NCBI RefSeq assembly: GCF_004010195.1
Contig: NC_057745.1
Location: 37,396,405-37,460,404, forward strand
Origin: Chiloscyllium plagiosum
Taxonomy: Eukaryota
Length of the DNA stretch: 64,000 nucleotides
Reading direction: 5' to 3'
The notes beneath the pieces are model-generated. The model was given only the letters and a program-made list of their open reading frames with translations. It did not search any database and was not told the DNA's origin. Shown here piece after piece: positions 46,105 through 58,194 of the stretch (positions are counted from its first letter, which is position 1; every line of letters begins with the position of its first letter). Both the position numbers and the translations under genes were made by a program.

Positions 46105-46455
46105 GTTATAGAATCATAGAATCCCTGAAGTACTTAGAGAGGCCATTTGACCTATCGAGTTTGTAATGACCCTGCAAAGAGCATTCCACCCAGACAGGTC
46201 TCCACTCTATCCCTGTAACCCCACATTTACTATGGCTAATCTATCTAGCCTGCACATTCCTGGATACTATGGGGCAATTTAGCATGGCCAATCTAGGTAA
46301 TCTACACAACTTTGGACTTTAGTAGGAAGCCAGAACACTTGGCAGAAGCCAAGAGACACCGGGAGAATGTGTAAAGTCCGCACAATCACCAGAAGCTGGA
46401 ATTGAACCTGGGTCCCTGGGACGGTGAGGCAGCAGTGTTAAACACTGAGTAAATG
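46105..46455 (-). mobile_element. HE1-type SINE
   Basis: atagaatcatagaatccct tail, ggcaatttagcatggcc, ggaattgaacctgggtccctg...gaggcagcagtgtta. Confidence 0.8.
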
Positions 46456-47824
46456 TGATGCTCTATTAAGTTGATTAATCTATTCCTGTCTATTCCAGAC
46501 TTTGTCATCTGCAAATTTGAAATGTGCTTTGTATTCTTTTGATATATTTTATAGAATTAAATTTAAAGTATCAGTGATCTTCGTACTGAACTTTAGGAAC
46601 TTTTCCAGTGTGAAAAATATCCTTTGTCCTTGTACTTGAGGAGAATTAAAAGCTTGTTGTCAGAGCCACTGCAAGTCTAACTCTTATTTTAAAGGTGTCT
46701 ATATCTGATCCTTGGATTCCTTTTGATATTTGTTGCAAACCTGTTCCTGTACGTCTATTTGACCCCTTTTTAATCTAATATACTTCTTTAGATTCAGCTG
46801 ATTTTTCTCTTGATTATTAAACTGAAATCTATGAGAATTCTTCTGCCATGTAAACATGCTGTACATATAACACATGGACAAGTTGTTAATGTTTATGCTC
46901 TACTAAACATTCTCCTGTCCTCCTTATTCCTATTACTTTTCCCTTCATTTATTTATGTGGTTTCTCCTTAAATTCATCTTTAAAGTTGTGGTGCAGGGTT
47001 TTTTACATTCACCCCACAGGACAGAGAAAGTCTCGTTTTGATGTCTGATTCAAAAGTTAATATCCTGGGCAGTCCAGTGCTCCCTAATATCTTCAGTGGC
47101 TGCCTGTCAATTTAAGGATGATGTCTATTCAGGATCCCAAACCTCTGCGATTGGTCTGATGAAGACTCACCAGACTCAAAATGATAACTCTTCTTTCTCC
47201 CTGCCAGACATGCTTAGTTTCTCCAGCAATTGCTGTTTTTGTTTCTGCCATTGGTCTTTGTGTGACTCAACAAGCCGAATTGGATCTGCAGACCTTTGAC
47301 ATAACATTCCACAAGATAGGAATCCAGAGCACTAGATTTGCTAATTTTTCCTCCATGCTCTGTTGTATTATGAAGACATTGTGATTTAAAGAGAGATGCA
47401 GTTTGATTGACAAGTTGTGACCATTCTGAATGAATGGTTGCTAGCTCACAATGCATCAGGAGAGTTGGCCATTGTTGTGATCCCATCTCTGGATTGGGAC
47501 TTGCATTGGCAACTTCTTACTCTGGTGAGTGCGTCACAGTGACCAATAGCCAGTGTGGCTGAAAATGACTGATGATTGATTTATTAACAATTGCTTATCA
47601 TTTTAGGATCTAAAACTTGCTAATTCATCCATATCGAAGATGTTAATGATGCTGGCAACAAGAAATTTTAGCTTAAATGTGGCAGAATTTTATAATTGTT
47701 ATTAATCAATGAGTTAGCTGCATTTTTCTCTTGTTTAACTTGTGCATGTATAAGATATCCATCTTACAATGCTAGTTCTTAGATGAGACGTTTTCTACAA
47801 AACACTGTCAGAATAGCTAACAGA

Positions 47825-48330
47825 TCATAGGACAATAATAATTGAATCAGGTAGGACAAAAGAAGCTTTTTGATTCGTCGAGTCTGCACCGACAAAAAAA
47901 TTAAGTATATGTATGTCTCGCTTTCCAGCAATTAGTCCATAGCGTTGAATGCTTTGATACTTTTAAGTGTTCATCTAAGTGCATTTTAAAAGCTGAGAGT
48001 TTTCCTGCTTCAACTACCCTCCCAGGCGGTGCATTCCAGATTCACTCCACTGTTTAGGTGAAAAAAAAATCCTTGAATCCCATCTCATACTGCTGCCTTT
48101 CACTTGAAAAGTATGCCTCTTGTTGTTGATCCTGCAACTAAGGGGCGCAGCTGCTTCCTATGCATCCTGTCATTGCCCCTTGTAATTTTATACGTTTCAA
48201 TAATGTCCCATTTCTGCTGTAAAGAAAACAACCTGAGCTTGTCCAGTCTCTCTTCATAGCTAAACTGCAGTATCCAAGGCAATTTCCTGATGAATCTCTT
48301 CTGCATCCCCTCCAGTGTAATTACAACCAT
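47825..48330 (-). mobile_element. CR1 LINE 3' fragment
   Basis: LEGMQKRFIRKLP...FSYEERLDKLRLFSLQQ. Confidence 0.8.
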
Positions 48331-51300
48331 CTGATAACCTGACGAAGTTTCAGTAATAGAATGATGTAATGAACTTAATGTGTTGAAGTTACACTCATGT
48401 ACGTTGATTTTAAAAAAAAACTCGTTTTATTTCTTCTGAATTTTATTTAGCATCTTTTTTTGAATAAGATATCCCTAAAGTTAAATTAAAAACAGTTACC
48501 TTTATATCAATATTTTGGAGTTATCAATGATCAGAAACTGAACTGGATTAGCCATGTAAATACAGGGACTACAAGAACCGGTCAGAGGCTAGGAATCCTG
48601 TTGTCAATAACTCACTACCGCTTTGCGTGCTGCTCCAACACGATGCAGGAAGCTTGATACCATCCAGGATGAAGCTATATAATTGGCACCACATTCACAA
48701 ACCACCATCACGAGCGCACAATGGCAGCAGTGTGTACCATCTATAAGATACACTGCAGAAGTTCACCAAAGATCCTCAGATATCACCTTCCAAACCCACT
48801 ACTTGCATCTAGAAGGACAAGGGCAGTAGATACATGGAACCTCCACCTGCAAGTTCCCCTCCAAGCTACTCACCATCCTGAGTTGGACATATCGTGCCAT
48901 TCCTTCAGTGTTATTGGGTCAAAATCCTTGAATTTCCTCTCTAGCAGTATTGTGGGTGTACATACAGTATATGGACTTCAGTACAAGACGACAGTTCAGC
49001 ACCAGGGCAAATACGGGGGTGAGCAATAACTGCTGGCCCCATTATTGATGCCAACATCCAACAAGTGAATTAAAAAAAATAATGTTGGTGGTTGCCTGGC
49101 AGCATGATATTATTACCGTGAAGTTATGAGTGTAGCTTTGTATTCCAGAATATTTAATAACCCATATATGTTTTGTCCCAGTTCTAATTTAAATGCAGTT
49201 GTTACACGCTGGACATTTTGTAGCAGAGTACTGTAAATGGAATTATGATCTGCTCAGATGTATGGATACAGCAACATTTAGGAAAGAATTGCATTTATTA
49301 AATTTCTCATCCTGCATCACTCCATGACTTTGCCCCATCCTATCTCTGTAAATTCATCGATCCTTAAGCTCTCCAAGAACTTTGCACTTTCCAATTCTGA
49401 CCTCTTCAACTTCCCTGATCTAATTTGAGCCACTATTGGTGGTCATACCTTCAGCCTCTTGAGACTTAAGATCATATTTCTCTCCTGAATCTCTCTGTTT
49501 AAGATGCTTCTCAAAGCCTGCATGTATGACCAAGCTTTTATTTACTTATACTAACATCGCCTCCTTATATGACTGAGTGTCAGTGTTCGACATTTTATTA
49601 TGTTAAAGCTGTTGCATAAGTGCAAGTTAATGTATTTTTTGCTTCTATCTAATTGTTTGACTTAGAAATTGATCTATGTTTGCATTCCATATAGTGGTCA
49701 GACTGTGATATTTACTGCAGTCTGAAGTGAACAGGAGATGTTGTGGACAGCCCACATAGCACTGGCTTGAAACTGTGGTCGGGAAGAGTTATTAATCATG
49801 TGACATAGTATCCCACTCACATCATGCATAAAAGAACCTAGTTTTCAGTTCATGGGAGTCATGGGCCTGTTCATGGAAATTGGTTTTCTGCTATGCATGA
49901 GTAAATTGTGTTGGCAGGAAGTTCAATAAGCAAGTTAGATGCTATTCTTAACTTCTGGGTTTTGGGCTCTTCTAATTTGAGTTAATTAAAGTTGGGAATT
50001 TGTCTTTAATATATTTTCAATCCTCTGTACGATTGTCTGCGTACGTGTGTACAGCCTGCAATTTTATATTTGACTGTTATTGACCCGAGAGGATAATTTT
50101 TATTATCTTGTAACATGCATGAGAAATACTTTGCTCAAACTGTTCTGAATCTGAAGTTTGTAAACAGAAATCACAAATGTGTACCCAGTGGTTGACTCTT
50201 AAATACCCTCTGAAATCTTGGAACTCATTCCCTATCAGCACTGTGGGTATACAGTCCCAAAGAATGCTGTGGTTCATGTAGGTAACTTACCAGCTCCTTC
50301 TTGAACAAGTCAGGATAGGCAATAAATGTTGGTCCAGCCTGTGATGTCCGCATAGCATGACTGAGTTTAAAAAAATGTACCACTTGCTGAGCTGCTAAGG
50401 ATAGAAAGTAATTGCAAATTCACAAAGAACAACTTCACAAATAATCATGGGCTATAAAAATACACATTTAAAATTAAATTCACTAACAGTCATACCATGA
50501 ATTAAATGTTACAGTTGCAGTTATGATCACAAACATATTTTTAGGAAACTGACTAACTGTAATATGGTTGTTACTTTCAAACATATAGGTTGTTTGATCA
50601 GTCTTGCTTGTGAAGATATTTAGTACTATATTGTTCACAATGAACTGAAATATTTATAATAGATTTCTGTATGTGGCACTTAACACATCATAGTCTCATA
50701 GTTCTTTGTACAGTGAGTACATACAGCTTATATTTCCTATTGTACTTATTCTTTATGTACTTAATTTTGCTTTAAGAAGCATAGAAGTTGAATTTATTTA
50801 GTGTCACAGCCTATAAATTATTACTATTTAGTTAATGTCATATCTGTAATGTTACAAATAATTTGCAGTTAATATTCTCAAAAAGCAAACAAGTGAATGC
50901 TTTAAACAATAAAACTGCTTTTGGCTGTAAGAGCAGTGATGTACTACTCACTGACTCATGCATGGGACCTTTGTGTCTACTTGAGCAGGTACACAGGAGG
51001 TTTTGTTTAGCATTTTACTGAATGATAGCAACTTCAGCATTGAAACAAGATATTAAAGGCCAATTACATTCAGTCTGTAATGCTCCTTTCTTTTAAAAGC
51101 TGGAATTTCTAAGCTATAATTGATGATTGACCTCAAAGTTACTGGCATTGGATTCACTATTGCCCTTTTACAGACTTAAAAAGAAATGCCTGTTTATTGG
51201 TGTGGGCATTACTGGCTAAGTCAGTAATTATTGACACCTCTAATTACCCTGATTATAATTTGTCACCTTTAACCACTGATGTATGTGGGGTATAAGTACA

Positions 51301-51789
51301 CCCACAATGCTGAAAGGGAGGGTGTTCCAGGATTTTTGACTAAGCAACAATGTTGGAATGCTGATTATAGTTCCAAGCCAAAATGGTGTGTGGCTTGGAG
51401 AGAAACTCCTGAAAGATGATGTTTCCATTCATTTTCTTTTCTTGTCCTTCTTGGTGATAGAAATCGCTGAACGATATATTTCGTAGATGAAGAACCCCAT
51501 ATAAATACCACAAAGATAATAGTGCAGTAAAGGTGCATTTCATGCATCCACCATGACCCAAATGTTTCTCTCTTCTATTTACTATTTGGTCTGTCGACAC
51601 TCCACATCATTTGTTTGATCTCTCTGATTATGAATTCTGTGTCTGTATGCTTCTCCTCACTTCATCTGATGAAGGGGCAGTGTTTTGAAAGCTTGTGATT
51701 TCAAGCAAACCTGTTGGACTATAACCTGCTGTTGTGTGACTTCTGACCTTGTCCAGCCCAGTCCAATACCAGCAACTCCACATGAAACA

Positions 51790-53720
51790 TTAAGCAATCT
51801 TTGGGTCATTAATCAGCCCAAGAAAGTACAGGACCACTGAAATTCTAAGCAATTGATAGTGAAGCCCAGGAGATGCATCAAACTGACATAGGAAAGAAAC
51901 ATGTCAAAGATTCTCAGCACATCTACTGCTATCAGACAGAAGTCTGCAGCCTGTTGATCTTGACCTTGCAAAGGCAGTTCTTAAACTTTGCCACATAACT
52001 ATCTTAAATGGAAGAGAGAAATATCCACTGGAAGGGTCCATTCTGGTGAGCCAGGATATCTATGGATGTTAACATGTCCTTGATTCTCTGAAAAACATCT
52101 TCTTGATGCAGGATCCAACATTACTGCATTGAAGTTATCTCGTGGTTGTGTGGTAATTACCAAGTGAAGCAAAGTTTTCGCCAGCTGGTGTACTATTGCT
52201 AAAAAGTTTTGGACGTCACGAACTAACTTTGGTGTCGGAAACTTCTTAATGGTTTTGTGTTCTACCATTGACAAATTGGACAGTTGTACCCTCATCAGTC
52301 ACCTTTGTCACCATCTCAAAAAATTCAATCAAGTTAGCAAGGCATGACCTGCTCCACACAAAGCCCTAATTAGGCTATGCTTTTCCAAATGTATGTAAAT
52401 CCTATCGTTAAGAATTCTCTCCAATAGCTTCCCAACACCGATGTGAGAAAACCTGATCTGTAGTTTCCTGGATTATGCAGTTTTTGAGAAGACTTTTAGC
52501 TTAGTTTGAGGTTCAAGTGATAAGTTTGCTCACTGAGCTGGTAGGTTTCTTCTCCGATGTTTTGTCACCATACTAGGTAATGTCATCAGTGAGCCTCCGG
52601 TGAAGTGCTGGTGTTCTGTCCCGCTTTCTATTTACGTGTTTTGGTCTGTTGAGGTGGGTGATATCATTTCTGGTTCTTTTTCTCAGAGTAAATAGGGTCC
52701 AAATCGATGTGTTTATTGATGGCATTCTGGTTTGAATGTCAGGCCTCTAGGCATTCCTGTGCTTGACTCTGTTTAACTTGTCCTTGGATGGATGTGTTGT
52801 CCCAGTCCCAGACCAAGATACATAAATAGAAAATGGGACAGAACACCAGTGCTTCAACAGAGGCTCACTGATGATATTACCTAGCATGGTGACGAAACAT
52901 CTGAGAACAAACCTACCAGCTCAGCAAGCAAACTTACAACCTTTCCTGGATTATCCCTAAATGATGGAAATGTGTGGGCATAGACTTTTTATTTCTGATG
53001 CCTTGAATTATTTCTTAAAAAATAAGTTAAGATGTTGCATAGCATGACGATGAACATGGTTATCCAATCCTGCAAAATATGTATCCCTGACCAACCTTTG
53101 ACACAATGCTGACTAATAGTGAGACATTCCTGATCCCCTTCTGCTCCTATTATATTTGATTGAGTTGGTTGGAACTGAGAGCACCTCTGCCTCAATTTCA
53201 GTATATTGTATTTCTCTGTCTTATTAAGCCCATGATGCAGAGATGCGCTTATGATATTTATCTCATTGCTCCTGGGAGAGCACTGCTAAGCCTGTAGCCG
53301 TAGCATCTACAGCTACTCTAATGGTTGGAAGGGTACATTGTGGTGTTCTGGGACGTCTCTGGATGTTAACATGTCTTTGATTTTCTGAAAGCATCTTCTT
53401 GATGCAGGATCCAACATTACTGCATCTCTTTAAGTTATCTCAGTGGTTATGTGGTAATTGCCAAGTGAAGTAAAGTTTTTGCCAACTGGTGAATCATTGC
53501 TAAAAAGTTTTGGAGGTCATCAATTGACTTTGGTCTGGGAAGCTCCTTAATTGTTTTAGTCTTCTGCCATTGACAAAGTGGACAATGAGTCTCGAGTGAA
53601 GTTATTTTTCCAGAATTCATGGTTAAGAGTGAACTCTTCAAGTGCTTAAGGACTGTATGTACTCTATAATCATGCTCTTTGACCTCTTTCCCTTATTAAT
53701 ATATCATCAATGCAGCATTT
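51790..53720 (-). mobile_element. Degenerate Gypsy/Ty3 pol fragments (RT-RNase H junction) present twice, with nested CR1 and fold-back insertions
   Basis: IKKFPTPKLVRDVQNFLAIVHQLAK and IKELPRPKSIDDLQNFLAMIHQLAK. RNase H-like VAVDATATGLAVLSQE at ~53270-53316. 52060-52290 resembles 53358-53590. Confidence 0.7.
52477..52941. mobile_element. Fold-back Penelope-derived element with hammerhead core and 13-bp TSD
   Basis: TSD tttcctggattat at 52464-52476 and 52942-52954. Core ctca CTGATGA tattacctagcatggtgac GAAACATC tgag at 52864-52905. Confidence 0.8.
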
Positions 53721-55828
53721 GACACCTTGAAGACATTATAAAATTTGAAATTGGTCTGTTGAAATATTGGGCTGAGATTATTCCAAATGTTAATCTGTTG
53801 AAGAAAAAGTCCTTAAATGGAATTTGAATATGATAAACAATCTTGATTGTTCATCGAGTGGCACCCCCAGAATCCAGTATTTGTGCTGAGTTTTGTGAAA
53901 ACTCTGGGTTTGGATAATTAGGATATGGTGGCTATCTCTCACTGCAGAATTGTATAAGGCCAGTAACCATGCCTGAGCTCTGTTTGATTGGCTTTGTTAC
54001 CTGGAAAATGATGCTGATTCTGGTTATCTCAAATTCCTTAATTCAAAGGACACTGAATCTTCTGTATGTATAGTGACATGATTCTTATCTCCTCAGTGTG
54101 ATGTTATACTCAGAATTGAGCTTCCTTCGCCCGTTAAATAATTTAGGGTATTCCTGTTCAAAGAGCTGACTAATTAACTTTTTGGCCTTTTGAAAGCAAG
54201 ACAGGCATTCTTACTCAAATGAGAATTCTTGATTGTGAAGCATGGATAAGTTTTGACTATTTGGCATCCCTAATGTTGGAGAGTTGCTTTAATCTTTAAA
54301 TTTAAGTGCTATACTGTCTGGACCATGTATTTGCATTGTTGGCTGCAGACTTTCTTTTGCAACTATGATTCATTGTCTGATAATATAGTGATGCTTGCCT
54401 AAGCGTCTGGCTTAAAATTCATAAGGTGGCCAATAGCATAAATATCCTCTCGCCAAAAAAACTAGGTCTTGATTTATTTGCTTGCAGGAACACTTGTTTT
54501 GGGCTTTCTTCCACTGTAGATAGTTCCATCTCATTTAACCTTTTCATCTGGATAGCTGTTTGATTTCTTGCTTTTCTGTGACTGTTTACTAATTTCTTCT
54601 CACTTTCTGAAAGTGACCTATTGTGTGTCAAATAAAGTGTATACTTTTAGTAACTGGACCATTATCTGCCTCTCTGAGGGATCTTTGCTTCACAATGCTG
54701 ACAAGGACTTGTGGTGTTTGGTGCCTGTATTGGGTGTTGTATTGGCTTCTGACATGTTGTGTATGTTGTTGGACCTCTTTAAAAATTAAATGGATTCTCC
54801 TGATCTCCGAAGCTAGGCTTGACTTTCCCCTTTTAAATTGCTGTGTGCTGCTTCTGGACTTCTGCTTCGGTCATTTTCTGAATGGCTTTTTCTAGAGTAC
54901 AATCATCTTTTGATGAATAAAACTAATAAATTTGACAAATGTGCCATCATAATAGATCTGACCAATTTATCAGGAATTCCAACAACAATCTTGACTCTTA
55001 TGAATTCTGACTTTAAAAAACCAGAGTTGCATTTCCCATGAATGTGTAAATCTCATAATCAGGGAAATCTATAGATGATTTAGTTTATTGGATTCTTCCC
55101 TTCAATCTTTCTCTGAATTTTTTTTGATCTGAGATTAAAGTAATTGCTAAAGGCTTTCAATACTACATCAAAAGTATCTGTTACTTATTTTAGACTGTAA
55201 AATGTAGGAGCAGTAGGTGGCCATTTGGCCTGTTAAGTCTGCTTTGCCATTCAGTAAGATCATGGCTGACCAGATAATCCTCAATTTCCATTTCCTGCTT
55301 TTCCCCATAATACTTGATTCCCTTACTGGATTAAAAATTTGTCTGTTGCAGCCTTGAATATAATTAAAGACCAATGGTCATCAGCTCTCTGAGGTATAGA
55401 ATTTCACAAATTTGCTACACTTGTGAGAGAAGAAATTCCTCCTCATCTTTGGGCGACCCCTTACCCTTTGCAGTCTGGTCCTAAGCTCCGACAAGGGAAG
55501 CAACCTCTTTGCATCTACTCTATCAAGCACCCTTCTAAGAATTCTTCATGTTTCAATAATCTTGCCTCTCATCTTTCTAAATTCTATGGGCACAGCCTTT
55601 TCAATCTCTGCTCATAACATAATTCCTCCATATATGGGATCAACCTAATGAACTTGCTTTGGACTGTCTACAGTGCTAATGTGTCTCTCTTTCGATAAGA
55701 AGGCCCAAAACTGTTCACAGCATTCTAGGTGTGGTTTGACTAATGCCTTGTACAGTTTCAGCAAGACTTCATTTTTATACTTCATTATTTTTATGAAATA
55801 AAGGCTAACATTCCATTTGACATCACTA

Positions 55829-56720
55829 TGAGAATTTGTACAGGGTATAAGCAGGTACGGAAAGAGTTAAGTTCTGAGTTTTATGAAACAAGGGGTTCAG
55901 CTGTGCATGACTCAGATCAGATAAGAATTTACAATTAACAATGGGGTGCTGAAGGCAAGGGTAATGGGTTAACAAGGTGGAAAAGTAGTCATTATGTAGA
56001 GCCGAACGAAGGACCCGATATCCAACATGAGCAAAACGAATGTAGTGTACAAAATACCATGCAAGGACTGCACTAAACACTATATAGGACAAACAGGAAG
56101 ACAGCTAACAATCTGCATACATGAACACTGAAACTGACAACCAGAAGCGGCAGGGACAGACCACTATAAACACCGGAGGAAACATCAAAGAAGTGCTTCG
56201 CAGGAGGTTCCCAAGCACTGATGATGTCGCCTAGCCAGGGGACGAAACGTTTGCAACAAAAACTTCCAGCTCGGCGAACAGAACCACAACAACGAGCACC
56301 CGAGCTACAAATCTTCGCACAAACTTTGAATTATGTAGAGCCATTTAACAATATTGGAGGCATTCAGTATGCAAGGTCAGCTAACAAGGGGAAAAGTATC
56401 CGTTGTATGAGTCCAGTTAACAAGGTTAAGAACATTTATTGTATAACAGTAAAGGGCTTGGTCTCTGTTATTGGTACACATTGATTGTAACAGTCACCCA
56501 ATTAATATGTATGTTGCCTTATCTGGATGCTCCTCCCTGTAAAATGACTATATAGTTCATTGAGAAATGAACTGCTGTTCCAGAGAAGACTGTGAACTCA
56601 TGTCTCTGTGCACGTGGGCAATCGTTCTCTCTCGCTGAAGAGCCCAGAATAAAAGACAAAGGAGGCAAAACTATACTGTGTCTCTGAGCGTTTTGCTTTG
56701 ACTGAAGAGAACGGGACGAC
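55829..56720 (+). mobile_element. Solo-LTR-like element inserted in an antisense CR1, itself carrying a Penelope-terminus insertion (~56004-56329)
   Basis: TG...CA ends, TATA-like ctatatag (~56549), AATAAA (56648), tatgag at both junctions. The nested insertion is flanked by attatgtagagcc duplicates (~55992 and 56330). Confidence 0.65.
56215..56254 (+). ncRNA. Minimal hammerhead ribozyme motif
   Basis: gca CTGATGA t gtcgcct agcc aggggac GAAACGTT tgc. Confidence 0.65.
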
Positions 56721-57799
56721 ATATGAGCTGCTGAACCTGTATGCTAGACTTTTGTGATTTATGCAAAAGGACCCCATAACTCTGTGCTGTAGCTTTCTGC
56801 AGTCTTTGTCTATTTAAGTAATATTCATCTCCTCTATTTTTCTTTCCAAAGTGCATAATAGCATATTTTCCCGTTGCATTTCATCTAACAAGTTTTGCCT
56901 AATCTCTTTCAAACTGAACGCTAAATTCTACTATGTTATCAGGTCATTAAATATTGCCTGATCCTTTGTTGGACCCACAACATATTGTTCTAGGAAACTA
57001 TCCCAAATACAAATTATGCATCCTTTCTTGTGCCATCTCTACTAATTTGATTTTTTTCAATCTACATGAATATTCAAATTGCTCATTAATTTAGTACCTG
57101 ATTTATTCTCAGGCCAATAGTATAGCCTTCGTAGGGAGCCTACTTCCACCAGTGCCAGCTTCCCCTTGTTATTTCTTACCTTCATCTTTTACGTTCTAAC
57201 CAGGCAACATCCTGGTATTACCAATAAAGAGAGTTTGGATACACTTGTTTTCGATAAGGGGCTGAGGGATGACCCGATAGAAGTAAATAAAATTATGAGA
57301 GAATGGAGGTTGGGTAGTCAGAGTCTTTTTCCCAGTGTGGAAATGTCAGATACTAGGGGGTATATATTTAAGGTGAGTGGAGGAAAGTTTAAAGGAGATA
57401 TGCAAAGAAAATTGTTTACATTTGAGGGTGGCAGGTGCCTGGAATGCGCTGCCAGGGGAGATGGTAGATAGCAGTGTTTAAGAGGAATTTGGACAGACAC
57501 ATGAACAGGTAGGGAATTTAGGGATACGGACCATCTACAGGCAGATGAGAATTAATATAGAATGGCATCGTGGTTGACATGGACTTGGTGGTGAACCTGT
57601 TCCTGTGCTATACTATTCTGTTTTCTGATGAATGGCTTATGCCCGAAACATCGATTCTCCTGCTTCTCAGATGCTGTCTGACCTGATGTGCTTTTCCAGG
57701 ACCATTCTCTCGACTCTGATCACCAGCATCTGCAGTCCTTACTTTCTCCTATACCGATCTGTGTTCTGATTGGATTCTGCATCTTCTGGTCCAAGATCT

Positions 57800-58194
57800 T
57801 AATGAACTATATAGTCATTTTACAGGGAGGAGCATCTAGATAAGGCAACATACATATTAATTGGGTGGCTGTTACAATCAGCGAGTGTCAATAGTAGAGG
57901 TTAAGCCTTCTACAGTTTTACAATGAATGTTCTTAACCTTGTTAACTGGATTCATATAATGGATACTTTCCCTTGTTAACTGTCCTTACATATTGAATGC
58001 TTCCAATATTGTTAAATGGCTCTACATAATAACTGCTTTTCCACCTTGTTAACCCATTACCCTTACCTCCAGCACCCCTTTATTAACTGCAATTTCTTAT
58101 CTGATCTGAGTCAGGCTCAGCTGAACCCCTTGTTTCATAAAACTCAGAACTTAACTCTTTCCCTACCTGCTTATACCCTATACACATTCTCACT
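57800..58194 (-). mobile_element. Inverted partial copy (U3-like part) of the 55829 LTR
   Basis: Reverse complement matches 55829-56003 joined to 56343-56562, without the nested insertion. Confidence 0.85.

Noticed and set aside
49694-49708. GTGGTCAGACTGTGA reading VVRL, like the start of CBL exon 2
   Set aside because: A stop follows immediately, there is no proper acceptor and no CQNPKL continuation. Exon 2 was not found in the window.
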